Position numbers and translations under genes: made by a program. Shown here in pieces: positions 28,900 to 42,354 of a DNA stretch of 64,000 bases (positions within the stretch are counted from its first letter, which is position 1; each line of letters begins with the position of its first letter). This DNA is from Octopus vulgaris (Eukaryota), in the NCBI GenBank assembly GCA_951406725.2, contig OX597814.1:121272001-121336000 (forward strand), read 5' to 3'. Below the pieces are notes generated by a model. That model saw nothing but the letters and a program-made list of their open reading frames with translations, did not search any database and was not told the DNA's origin.

Positions 28900-29161
28900 C
28901 ATATGGTCCGATATGGTAATAATGGAATGTTTTAGAAATTTCTGTCGACATTTTTTCGAGTAGCGTGCATATTGTGAAAAAATTATATGGTTAATGGACA
29001 ATATATCCAATTTTTCGGCATTAGAAATTTTTTCGTTTGCCCTTAATTATGAATTATTTATAGATTTAACCTTTAAAGGTATTTTTTTGATATGCTGGCC
29101 ATTGATAAGATTTTTGGGGGGGAAAAGAATATTTTTTTCGAAAAAATTTTTATCCTTCATT

Positions 29162-29216
<55 letters not shown>

Positions 29217-29713
29217 CTATTGTTTTGGTAACTATGTTTCAGGGCATAACAGTTTGTGATGTTTTAAACTGAGTATTAATCTGTTCCTTTTTATATTCGT
29301 TTGTGAGAAGTCGCTTTGTTTTTGTTTGGTAGGACGTCGCCCGTGATACGTGTTTTCTTTTATTTTCTCTGTGTGTATGTGTGTCGTGTAGGCATTAGTT
29401 ATGTTGCTTGTAAATATTGGTATTTGTACATGGATGCGTGGACAGTTGCATGCATAGGTAATTATTTAATTACTGTGTAATTAGTATGTTTTCCGGGGAT
29501 CCTGGTGCTTTCCTTTTTCTTTTAATTATTTCTCACTTTATTCGTATACACTTCACATTCTGTCACATTGCGTATGTCACATTGAGATATCACCCATTTA
29601 AGAAAGAAACTAGACTGTATGTAACAAAAATATTTCAAATTTTTTAGTTCTTTTGCTTTAACAGGACTTTACCCATAGTGGGATCGTGACGATTTCCTTC
29701 CATTGCACCGATG

Positions 29714-29951
29714 TTCTTCTTCTTCTTCTTCTTCTTCTTCTTCTTCTTCTTCTTCTTCTTCTTCTTCTTCTTCTTCTTCTTTTTCTTCTTCTTCTTCTTC
29801 TCCTCCTCCTCCTCCTTCTCCTTCTTCTTCTTTTTCTTCTTCTTCTTCTTCTTCTTCTTCTTCTTCTTCTTCTTCTTTTTCTTCTTCTTCTTCTTCTTCT
29901 TTTTTCTTCCTCTTCTTTTTCTTCTTCTTCTTCTTCTTCTTCTTCTTCTTC

Positions 29952-29982
<31 letters not shown>

Positions 29983-30073
29983 GTTGTTGTTGTTGTTGTT
30001 ATTATTATTATTATTCTACTTCTTCTTTTGCTTCTTCTTCCTCTTCTTCTTTTTCTTCTACTTCTTTTTCTTA

Positions 30074-30135
<62 letters not shown>
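29714..30135. repeat. Compound microsatellite (TTC)n/(TCC)n/(TTA)n/(TTG)n
   Basis: Directly visible. Confidence 0.98.
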
Positions 30136-30136
<1 letters not shown>

Positions 30137-30435
30137 GTTTGTCTTTTGCTTTACATTTGTACAAGTTGGCTCCAAGTCTCATCCATAGACCTCAAGAAAC
30201 AACAAGTTGGGAGTTCATGTTTGTGTTATACCTAGGGTGCCATATATTTTGTTTTGTACTTAGTGTTGTACTAGTGAGTGTCTAAAAAAACATACGAAAA
30301 TTATGTTTGTTTTAAAACTTGAGATTACATAGAAAGTATTTTGCGTAGGATATGAGCAGTTCCCATGAGCACATATTTTGAATTTCTGCAATTTTGGGGT
30401 TTCCTGGTATCTGAGTTAGGTAGCAATCAGCCCCT
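30136..30435 (-). mobile_element. 5'-truncated R4/Dong-like LINE 3' end
   Basis: The minus strand reads VLMGTAHILRKILSM*, then a 3' UTR, then (TAA)n. Confidence 0.75.
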
Positions 30436-30451
30436 TTTGCTATTATTATTA

Positions 30452-30533
<82 letters not shown>

Positions 30534-30579
30534 TAATATTATTGTTGTTGTTGTTTTTGTTTTTGATGTTGTTGTTATT

Positions 30580-30867
30580 CAGTAGTCCTATTTTTACCAC
30601 GTTCTTTCACTGCACTACCGAGCGCAGTACTATGTGCCTTGGGTATGTGTTGTGGCGCGCTTATTTTCACTGATTTGCAAGTGTTTTGCGTAGGATGTGT
30701 GCGGTGTCTAGTAGTGCTACTTTCTGTATGTTATATATACTTTCGAGTCCTGGTGTTTTTATTATGTATGTGTCTGAATGTTTTTTTGCTTTTGCCATAA
30801 TTAATACGCCCACTATGATAGGAATTATTTTTGTTTTTAGGCTCCACATTCGAATTACCTCTATTTC

Positions 30868-30870
<3 letters not shown>
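30580..30870 (-). mobile_element. 5'-truncated R4/Dong-like LINE 3' end
   Basis: EIEVIRMWSLKTKIIPIIVGVL...NIQKVALLDTAHILRKTLANQ*, flanked by (TAA)n on both sides. Confidence 0.85.
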
Positions 30871-30957
<87 letters not shown>

Positions 30958-31082
30958 CCATTTGCTTTCATACACGTTTTTATTGTATGCTTCTTTATTT
31001 ACCTAATTATTGATCTGACGGCCACTCTTACTGTCTCACTTTTATGGCCATTCCAGCATTAAAAGTGGCATAGAGAAGGCTG

Positions 31083-31135
<53 letters not shown>

Positions 31136-31833
31136 TAAAGCAATAACTCGGAGACATTACCCTTTCTATTTACCTCACAAACCCACTTGTTGAATAGAAA
31201 TATATAATATAAGAAACTATGTTTATCCTAGTTGTAGGGGCGAGAGACTTTACTATCTGGTTCCCCCTACCGCATCCTCTAACTGTTCCTTTGCCATAAA
31301 TCATTGTTTTCCCTGCCCGCGCATGACATCGCATTATTTTCCTTTTTATACTACCAAACTGAACTAACAAACTCATTATGTGACTGACAAGAGTCATAAA
31401 ATCATGAAGCGACGCATGCCGTTGGATTTTTAAAGATTTTGAATGTTGGAATTCATATATTAACATGATGAATTTTTTTTCTAATGTTGTAATGTTTCCA
31501 TTGAAAATTCGTTGGAAGCAGCTGTAGTAGATTGACACATTATCCAGCTGTTGTTATTTGTTTATTCATTATTCATCTCATTCAGGACTTGCTGCTTGCG
31601 TAAATCCCAGTTATATTATCAACAGGTACATTTACTGCAATATGCATTCCCTGATTAGACTCAGGGCTCGTGATATACCCAGTCTGAAACAGTAGATAGT
31701 ATACATAACCGGAATCTCTTTCTGCCTGTACTTCAATACCCACATATGTATTCGTCCGTTTTTGTTGTGTACACATTTTATTTTTCGATTCAACACGGTG
31801 ACAGATTTACTCGAATCATCCGTTATATAATAC

Positions 31834-31923
<90 letters not shown>

Positions 31924-32003
31924 ATTTATACATATAGTGTATGGGTGTATGTGTGTGCGTACGAGTACGTATGTGAGTATAGATAGATAGATCCTGAAGA
32001 AAA

Positions 32004-33111
32004 GATTCAATTAGAATGTGTGGAGGGCACAGAATGTGAAGTGTATATGAATAAAGGGGGAAATAATTAAAAGAAAAAGGAAAGAAGGAAGAGAAAGAGA
32101 AATAAATAAATAATAAAATAAAATATAGTGGTGTGAGAGAAAGGAGGAACTGGGCAGATCGGTGATAGATAATAATGTAGTTTTAGCTTAATTACAGAAT
32201 TCAATAGTGGGATTGACATTTGAAGAGAAGAGAAATTGGAGGGGAGAAGGTTGGGAAATATTTTTATTCGTGGGGGACAAAAGAAAGTAAGTATGAATAA
32301 AGTAAGATAGGGTGGGAAGTTTGAGCACGGCTAGTGGTTTTATGGTCAAACGACAAATTGATGGAAGAAAAAAATAAACACGAAAAACAAAAAAACAAAA
32401 CAAATGTAGTGGCGAAGGTGTATGAAGGCGTATCTTGTGAAAAAACTGACAGCAAGCTCTTAATTCATAAAAGAACTGCTCTAATTACAACCAACGTGCA
32501 CGCTGTTAGGAATATACTGGAACACGAAACTATACAACAATAAGGACAATATATATATTGCCGTGTGTCTGAAATGAGATCGGTACATTTCTACAAGTGG
32601 ACAAAAATTGGTAGAAACATCTGAATGAATGGAGAAAGTAATCAACAAACTGATGAATATTTATACGTAGTTGTAGGTTTACAGGTGGAAGGGGTAGGGG
32701 AAGGGGAGTAGAAATATAAAGAGTGAAGAATATTTTAGGTGGTAAGTAAAAATACACCTCTTGACCACAAAACCACAAGCCATGCTTCAACTCCACACCC
32801 TACCTTACTTTATTCATACATACTTACTTTTGACCCCCACGACCAAAAACATTTCTCAACCCTCTACCCTTCAATTTCTCTTCCCTTCAAATGCCAATCC
32901 CACAACTGAACTCTTTGATTAAGCTAGAGCTACTATGTTATCTATCACCGATCCGTCCACTTTTCCTGCCATCACTCCCCTACATTTTTTTTTATTTGGT
33001 GTTATTTATTTGTTGCTCCTTCTTTACTTTCTTCCGTTCTTCTCTTACTTATTTCACCCCGCATTTATATGCCCCTCATATTCTGTGTCCTTCACACCTT
33101 TCGATTGAATC
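32004..33111. repeat. Diverged ~350-bp inverted repeat (32004-32349 / 32761-33111), probably inverted PLE pseudo-LTR copies
   Basis: Example matches: gatcggtgatagataa vs ttatctatcaccgatc, gtatgaataaagtaag vs cttactttattcatac, gtggttttatggtcaa vs ttgaccacaaaaccac. Confidence 0.85.
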
Positions 33112-34992
33112 ATTGCGTCAACATATACCTCCTTGCAACAATGTACGTTTTAATCTAATCAAGATATCCTTGGCCCGAAGCGAAGCCGGCGGTATAAGCC
33201 TCACTTGGATTTAATCACTTCTGAGGTTCCACTCACTATGAAACACATGTAGCCCGGATTTTCCACACTCTTGTATTCTTTTTCGCACACTCGGCAACCC
33301 TCTTTGCCTACCGAGGAATATAAAAAGAAATTTTGAGGTCATCATTATTTGATAAAGAAAAAAACATCTGCAACACTCCGCCTCTATAAACCACTATTCT
33401 TCCTGAAAGCTGTTTTTCTTTATATTCACTAGGGATTGCTCAAAACTAATTCTCTTCCTACACTGCGATCCCTGGATCTTACATTTACGTATCACTTGTT
33501 CCTATTCTAAGTGAACGTTAACAGTGTGGAAGACACGGAAACGGAGAAAAGGATTATTAAACTTGTCGCGTAAGGATATACCTCTTACCAACAAAAAACG
33601 AGTGTATGAAACTTATTATTTCCCGCTGCTAACGAATTGATTAAACAGATGCGATGGAAAGCTCTGTTCCCCCTCCGAACTTTTACTACTAATTCTGATC
33701 ACCTAAGCCACCAAGCCCTACTCGGCGAATTTAGATCCCGCAAGAACTCACTACCTAATCGTCACCTCGACAACTTCGAATCAGACCATGACAGCATGGT
33801 CAAAAACATAAAATTTAAACCCAAAAGGAAAGCAACCAACCTACCTAACCAAAATCGATAAGATTATCAAAAAATCTTCAGAAATACCCCGGAATCCTTA
33901 CCCACGCTGATAAAACAAGCAATTTATAAAACGTTACCTTGGACAAATATCGAGAGTTAATACTCAAGCAACTACACAAGAACTACATAACTGTAGCTGA
34001 TTCAGCATTAAAAGAAGCTTTTTTATAACGTTGACCTCAGCATCTCTTTCTGTACCAACGTCAAAATTGCTAATTTCTTAGACGTTACCCTGGACTTAGA
34101 AAACCAAACCTTGGTGTCTGTTTTAGTGAGTTGTTGTATAGACAGGATTAGGGGTTATATGGTAGAGGGTCGTTTTTTAGGTCGATTTCTTCTCCAATAG
34201 TTGGGTAGATATTGAGGGATGATGTGGGGTGGTAGGGTTAGTCCTGTCATATGAGGGTTGTTTTTGCTAATTGAGAGAGGGATGTTCTACATGGGGATGT
34301 ATTCAGTTGAATGCTTCTATCTGGCACTCTGTAGGGCATATCTGAAGTATTCAGCATATTGATCGAATAAATATTGATTAGCAGATAATGAGGGGATCGG
34401 GTAGGGCACGCTTTCTACCATACCACAAACCAGGAGAAAACCTCAACGGCGTGAACTTCTCCAATCCTCCTCCGTCCTAAACTTTATTGTAGAAAGCTTG
34501 CCCTACCGGATCTCATTATCTGCTAATCAAGATTTATTCGATCAATATGCTGCCTACTACAACTGTGTCTTACAGCACGTCGGATATATGCAGCGGACTC
34601 ACGGTCGGGCGATCGCGGGTTCGAATCTTAGACCGGGCGAACTTCTGCTGACTCTTGCGCCACAACTTTCTCTCACTCTTTTCTCCTGCTTCTTGCAGCT
34701 CACCTGCGACGGTCTGGCGTCCCGTCCAGGTGGGGAATCCTATACGCCAAGAAAACCGGGAAACTGGCCCTTATGAGCCGGAACATTCCTTATGAGAAGG
34801 AACATTCAACTGAATACATCCCTATGTGAGACATCCATCTCTCTACTTAACCCAAAGAAAAAACAGTTCCTAACCCTCATATGATAGACCTAACCCCATC
34901 ACCCCACATCACTCCCAATACTCACTCAAACACTGGAGTAGGAATCGATCTAACAAATGAACCCCCTACTAGATAAGCTCTAAACCTGTCTA
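32761..34992 (+). mobile_element. Degenerate Penelope-like retroelement (pLTR with hammerhead remnant + RT fragments)
   Basis: LIKQMRWKALF...FRSRKNS...DNFESD...VKNIKFK, ADKTSNL, IANFLDVTLDLENQT, PYHKP and SANQDLFDQYAAYYNCVLQHVGY are typical PLE RT-region motifs. A hammerhead-like ggc-CCGAAG...GAAA-cacatg-TA-gcc lies at 33171-33255. Confidence 0.85.
34594..34800 (+). mobile_element. tRNA-derived SINE fragment (V-domain-like) inserted in the PLE
   Basis: B-box gggttcgaatc and cctgcgacggtctggcgtcccgtccagg. It is absent from the inverted paralog at 34139-34418. Confidence 0.7.
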
Positions 34993-35934
34993 CATGACAA
35001 CCCATTCTAACTGCTGCAGCGTTTCGAATGTCATTCTCACTGTATATAGCCGAGCCTTATCCTGACGGAATAACACCTTTCGTCTTGAAACCGAAGATGG
35101 TCGTTTCTCTTGTAACGCTGACATAAGACACTCAAGCTGCTCGCGGTACAACTCCATTGTGATCGTTTGGTTTGTGTTTAAATGTTCAAAGTGGACTAAA
35201 CCTTTCATATCCCACAAACAAATAACAACATCTTACATGGGTGGAACACTTCTGTAGCTTCGGGTGCCGGTGTTCCTCCTTTCCCTACCCACTGTCTTCG
35301 GCGCTTGACAATTTTATAGAGAAAACATTTCTCGTCACCAGTCACTATTCGGTTCAAGAAAGGTTCATTTATGAGATGTGACAGCAAAGAAGAGCACACA
35401 TTCACTCTCATGATGAACCCACTGACCCAATTTCCGATGGCACGCAGGTGTCGATGAATGGTTGAATGAACAAGTCCAAGATTCTCTGCTAGCTCCTCAG
35501 CAGTTACCATGGGATTCTGTTCCACCAGGGTTTGTAGGATGTCCTCATCGAGCTTTACAGATTTTTCAGCATGCGGCTCGTCTTCTCAGCTATAGTGTCC
35601 AGATCAGAAGTTCTGAAACAACAGATGACGCTGTCTTACGCTTATTGTCCGATCTCCCATAAACTGCATTAATATTCCTCGTACTTTCCGTTGCGTTGTT
35701 TCATTTCATAAAGCAAAATATGCTGAATATGTTCCTTTGTCGCGTCCATTATAGCTTTGAAAAAAATAACTGTTAAAATCGAACTGCACTCTTCAAAACT
35801 TTCACTAATGATAAGTATAAGGTCAAATTACTACCTGCTTTTATAGTAAGTTGATGCAAGTAGTTTATCCCATCCCCCTCCGACTTTTAGTTCAAACCAA
35901 CTGAAAAAACAACATTATTTATGGGATAACCCAA
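34993..35934 (-). mobile_element. 3'-truncated degenerate mariner
   Basis: 5' TIR ttgggttatcccataaataatg at 35913-35934 followed by TA. Motifs VTAEELAENLG...TIHRHL, NRIVTGDEKC, WDMKGLVHFE and FRQDKARLY. Confidence 0.9.
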
Positions 35935-38630
35935 TACTTCCTTGATCGATATTTCCCGTTAGTTGTTTCTTCCGGTCAATCAGACACGATCTTATTTCTG
36001 GAATAAATCAGCTGTTAACAGACCTGAAAATTGGTGTCCACAAAAAGACCTAAAAATATAGAAGAGACGAAGTAGATCATGAAGATACCCTTGCGTTTAG
36101 AGCAAGGATTAGAGAGACAAGTCTACGCAAGGCGTATATTAATGTTTGTTTTCATGTATAATTACGTATAAAATCAGTTACAGATTTAACAGAAGCATAA
36201 CTCAACATTTTAAAACTTGGATAACACGTTTATTTAACCAACATATGTGTGTGTGTGTGTATACATACATACATACATACATACATACATACATACATAC
36301 ATACATACATACATACATACATACATACATACATACATACATACATACATACATACATACATACATACATACATACATACATACACATAAACTTCATCGT
36401 GACTACACCGTATTCGAATTTTGACACTATACAAAGTAAATATTCAGTCAAGATAATTCATCATGTTAAACTATATTTGTCCCTAAATTATGGATAGATA
36501 TATCCACATTTTTATATAGACCCCCACACACACAAACACACACACATGAACACAAGCGTATGTATTCACAAATATGACCATGCATGTATGTTTGCGTTTG
36601 TGTATCAGTCGTTTACCTGTGTGTACATAGGTATGCTTAGGAGTATGTTTACAGGTAGTTGTATGTCCTCCTCTTTAAATAAACACGCATCATTGCTATA
36701 TGTTTCAAAGTTTGCTCTATACTTTTATACGTTTATAGACGTGTACATTAACATGCATGTGTTTAAGCTCGTATATCTCTATGTATCTGTGGGTCTAATA
36801 TATGTATTTACCCTATCATTTCTCTACCATTCGATATACATATACATTCACACATGCATACATACACACACACACACACACACGCACACACAAACACATA
36901 AATATATATATGCTTCCGTGAAGTATTAGTGTGTATCTGTGATCGAGTAGCTATATGTGTAACAACAGAAGAAGTACACTTTAATATCTTTGGCAATACC
37001 AAACTGAATTTATTAAATTATACTAATATGCAGCAGCTAGATTCAGAACTACGAGTTTTTCGTTTGCTATTTAATCGCTATCGTTTCTCAGCTGTAAACT
37101 AACACGTCACGCTTTGTGTATAACGCTCAAAATCTCTTGAGGAATTCACAGGTCGCACCGACGATGTTATGCACTTGCACTCACACACGCATACATGCAC
37201 ACACACACACACTCAAACACGTAAAAACACACTCAAACACACACATACACACACACACGCACACACACACACACATATATATATGTATGTATGTATAGAG
37301 AGAGAAACACACACACACAAATAAAGAGGTAGATAGATATTCGTGGGATTATATGAATGCACATCAATATAATATTTTCTGAGTTAAGGTAGAGAAACAC
37401 AGGAGTTCATAAAACTTTCTTACCGTATGATGACTAATAACTACTAGGCAGATTTTGTGAGTAGAAAACCGTTCATAATATTTACAAGTACACATCTTAA
37501 TATCATCCCATTGGATTTAAATCGTTTAATGGATTCAACAGACTGGTCTTGACACCTTTTAAAAATTCTATCTCGCTTTGTAGTGGTTTCATAGTGGTTT
37601 AGATATTGTAATAGTGTCAGGTGAAACATTATTTTTAGTGTTCAAATAACAGCATTTCAGTAAAACACAGCCCGTTTTGTCAGATAATGTCATTCAAATA
37701 TACATATACAATATTAGTCATTCACAGATACAATAAAATTTCTAAATATGAAAAAGAAAAAAAACACGATTAATTTAGTACAATAAGAATGCTCACGTTA
37801 TTTTCCATATTCACCGCACAGCTGCAATTTTTTCTAGTGCGAATAATAAATAAAACATTTAATATTTTACGTCATACCTAGAACGGCGTCTTATTAATGT
37901 CGCTTGTGTAATTGTTTATTCTGCGCAACATGTATCATTTCTTTCTTTTTCTTTTTCCGTTTCTTTCTTTCTTTGTTGTTGTTGTTTTTTTTTTCATGGG
38001 TAGTGCGCATATAATTTTTGTTTTCTTACACAACTATCGTGTGATTCACAAACAATTATCTCCAAGCAAGTTGATCCTTTGTTTAGAAGCCTTCAGTAAG
38101 AAAATAATTTTCTGGAAATGCCAACACGAGTTTAGTTTTCGTATAAAGCTTATACAAATTTTTCGGATCGCTTAATTATTTCGCAAGATGTTGATAAAAT
38201 TGTTTCTGAAGGAATCTGAATGCATTCTATGCACAGTTTTATTCAATATTCTTGACCGAAACATAACTGATGCACAATATTTGTGCAGCAGTAATTTTGC
38301 ATAGCAGTAACTTTTGCATAGCAGCAATTTTTGCATAGTAGTAAATAGTTTTTGCATGAAATTCGATAACACATTATATATACCTAAAAGATTAATTAGC
38401 AAGGAGAATAATTAGTAATGAGTATATATTCAGTCTGATTCTAAATACAATTTTGCGACATTATAGTGAAGCTTATGAACTCTACTTCCCTGCTTGAATG
38501 TCTCACATCAGTTACAAAACAAAACATTTATATTTTTATTATATATGTGTGTATGTGTGTGTGTACATGCGTGCGCGTGTGTTTGCGGCATGTCTTTATC
38601 TATGTATGTGTATGAACGAGTGTATGTTTG

Positions 38631-38675
<45 letters not shown>

Positions 38676-38867
38676 TGTGAGGATGATCCGGTTCTTGACT
38701 GAAGATAAAAGGATTCGAATGACCCGTCCTTGTTTTTGTATCGTCTATCTGGATGTTCTGTTGTCCCTTTTTGTATCAACTAGTCGTCCGGATGTTTTGC
38801 GTTCTTGTCCCATTTTGTATTTAATTATATATATATATATATGCATGTATATGTATGTATTTGTGTG

Positions 38868-38972
<105 letters not shown>

Positions 38973-39301
38973 GTATGTATTTGTGTGTATATATGTGTGA
39001 GTGTCTCAGGATTGCTGTGTATAGCAGTGTCAATCTTTGTGTGGATTCGTACGCATTTATTCTCGAATGCAACTTAACCATTTCGTAAGTAGAATAAACG
39101 AATGCCAGACTGAACTGCGGGCAACGGTATCCACTAAGTCTTGTAGAGACTATATCTCTGCGCAGCTGCATCCAATGTCTGAAACTAAAAGAAAGAAAAG
39201 TTTAATAGTATACATACATACATGTTATATATACATACAAGCATACATACATACACACACACGCAAACACTTATAATACATATATATGTATATATATATA
39301 G

Positions 39302-39466
39302 GAGAAGAAAATGGATATAATAACGAAGGGAAGCTCGTCGTTTTCGCTGGTATACCTTTAATTAAATTAGATAATAAAGGGGGAGGAAGCAGGTTATCTA
39401 ATTAAATTAAAGTCATACCAGCGAAAACGACGAGTTTCCCTTCGTTATTATATCCATTTTCTTCTC
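39302..39466. repeat. Near-perfect hairpin, 73-bp arms with a 19-nt loop, in a (TA)n-embedded element
   Basis: gagaagaaaatggatataataacgaagggaagctcgtcgttttcgctggtat... pairs with ...ataccagcgaaaacgacgagtttcccttcgttattatatccattttcttctc. Confidence 0.95.
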
Positions 39467-40159
39467 TTTAATAAACTAAACTACAGTCTACCAACCGAAC
39501 AACCTGCTACCGTGTAACTGTACAAAAGACTGTACCTACCCAGGTAATAACCAGGAGCGACTTTAGATTTAATTATATCTTAGATGTATTAAACTCCTCT
39601 AACTGACACCTATGTATATGTATATATATATATATATATATGGAACAAGTATAGTGATATTGGACGCTCAAGAAAGGAAAGAAAGGAGGATATATATATA
39701 TATATATATATATATAGATATACATTTGTGTGTGTGTGTGTGAGTGTGTGTGTGTAATAACGAAGGCAACTATACGAAAAATTCAATTGTTAGTAATTAT
39801 GGTTTCCGTCTAGCATGTATATTGCCCGAAATAAAAGTTTTAAACCACTCAGAGCCACAAGAAAACAAATTTTCATATATTGACAGGGGAGATAACCACC
39901 TCGCAGCAAAGCTAGATCACGATACTAGACTAGTTTCGTCTGAAATTACAAGCTCAACAATAGTGACTTCGTCGTTAGCAACATAAAACCAAAAAGGAAA
40001 AAGTTCAGTTGTTAGTAATTTAGACTGAGACTGCCAAGTAACAACAATATTGCCATAATAACAGTTAAAGCACCATTATTGCAGCAAAAAGCACATTTTC
40101 ATATATTGAGAATGGAGATAACCGCCATGTATACACACGCACGCATACTTATACACATC

Positions 40160-40202
40160 TGAACCTGATGAATGCTTAAATGCAAGAAAGTATACTAGTT
40201 CA
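40160..40202 (+). ncRNA. Type I minimal hammerhead ribozyme
   Basis: ugaac-CUGAUGA-a ugc uuaaau gca a-GAAA-guauac-UA-guuca. Stem I is a perfect 5 bp, the core is canonical, and loop III is the palindrome GTATAC. Confidence 0.8.
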
Positions 40203-40336
40203 ATGAGAATAGACATTTAATATATTCTATATTATATATCCTATATTATAAGAATATAAATAAAACATAAAAAAAACAGACAGAGTTGGAATTCCTTTGA
40301 GTAATACATATATATATATGTATATACATACATACA

Positions 40337-40367
<31 letters not shown>

Positions 40368-40399
40368 GTGCGCGCGCGTAGGTTTGCGTACAAACACTT

Positions 40400-40992
40400 T
40401 AAATTCTTTAAATTGTTTCAGCTTTAAAGTAGCAATTGTGCTGGGCATTCCCGTTGAATGTGCTACAACACAGTTTGAAACCACTTCTGATATGTGACAT
40501 TTGTTGAATGGGGGAAATTGATGCTGATGCCCTCATTTGTGTTTCTTGCCGTGCGGTTGGCTCGTCTGGAACCCTTGACAGGATGAGATCCAGTTTTGTT
40601 TTGAACACACATACATCCACACCATGCTGATCCTGATTTTTGATGACAATGCTGGGATTGTATATTGCGTTCAACTCCTGTTGCAGATGTGCAATATTTC
40701 CAGGGTTTTGTATTGTCCGAGACACTTTTGTGACATCTGCATACATAGTGAGGGTGGCTATCTGATCAGCTGAATGTGTGTCTTAGAGAGCCACTACAAA
40801 TAAATGTGACCCTTTGAGATGTCTCTATTGGCCACCACTGCCTGACGCCTACCTTTAGAAAGTTGTGAAGCCACTCTCCAAGTTTTCCGACTTTGCTGAA
40901 GTCGCGCAGTTTGTGACATATCATACCATGGTTGACTTTATTAAAGGCGTTTGCAAAGTCGAGATATATCGCATTCACACTTGACTCTTCAT
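40400..40992 (-). mobile_element. Internally deleted CR1/L2-group LINE remnant
   Basis: IYLDFANAFNKVNHG, MYADVTKV and the C-terminal FKTKLDLILSRVPDEP. Confidence 0.85.
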
Positions 40993-42259
40993 TTGTGTGT
41001 GTGTGTTTCTCTCTATATACATACATACATATGTGTGTGTGTGTGTGTGTTTGTGTATGACACATATAATAGTTTTGATGTCGTTTATGTGGATAACACT
41101 TAGGTGGCAGGTATGTGTGCTGTTAAATCTTGACGTAGAAATTCCATGTCACTTGTTTTTTTTTTCTTTTAGTCAAAAAGTGAAACAAACATTTTATTTA
41201 GTATAAAGAAACACTGCATCAAGAATGCTGCTGAATTGTAAATGACTCAGTGCAGCTACAAAGCTGGAATTAGGCGTTAAAATAAGATAGCGACGGGAGA
41301 AAAAAAGTAAAGATGACATCCGTGCTTGTTGTTCATTTAGTCTGTTGGTATTTCTCGTTTGCAGTTCTTTAACATTTACTTCTCGAAAGATCTACATTTC
41401 CTGAAAATTTTGATCTCGTGTATTTATATGTACAAGTCTTAGGTCTTTGATTTTTTTGTTTTATTGATGAGACTAAATTATAACGTTTGCTTGTTTTGTT
41501 TTGCAGTTTATATATCAAGCCCAGTCCTTCTTAAAACATTTTCCTCGCTGTGACACACAATGTATTTATCACCGATTTTATTCCAGCTTTGGTTTTGTTA
41601 TTCTTTAAGAAACACGAAGAAGTTCATTATAGAATAAAGTAATATGGAATCTTTTGCAGATCTACTAGCTCTGACCATACCTAGAGATATAAGTACTGTT
41701 GTCTCTGATGAAGCTCATTCACCTTCGACAGATGTTGTTTTTAAACCTTCTGTGTAGGCATTTAGTGTTTTCACTTATCAGGCGTGCTAGTGGGGCATGC
41801 GTAGTTCGCACCCATTCAACTGTGAAGGGTAGTACGCTAATACACATTTACCTGTAGTAAAATAGTATTCAATAATATAATACAGATATTTCCAGCTTCT
41901 AACATAAGTTTTACTGAAGTTATTTGGAAACAAACTTCAAAAATCTAAAGAATTAAATCGTATAATATTTCGAACAGTATCTACAATAATGCTTTGTTAA
42001 AACATATTTATCTTTATTGCATATGTAAGCGCTCACAAGTGTATATCACTGAAGAAGCTCAACATATAGGAATTCGTTGCGATATTCGAAGATGTTACGT
42101 TAGTTGAGAATCACTTTCATAAGAAGAATGTATATCAATAACATCTAAGCATTCTCTTTCCGTGCAACCAAATTTAATAGAGAAGGAATTTATATGATAA
42201 CGAGTTAGAGTAATTAGAGTGAAGTTTAAAACAACAAATGAATGGCGTCTATCTATCGC

Positions 42260-42354
<95 letters not shown>

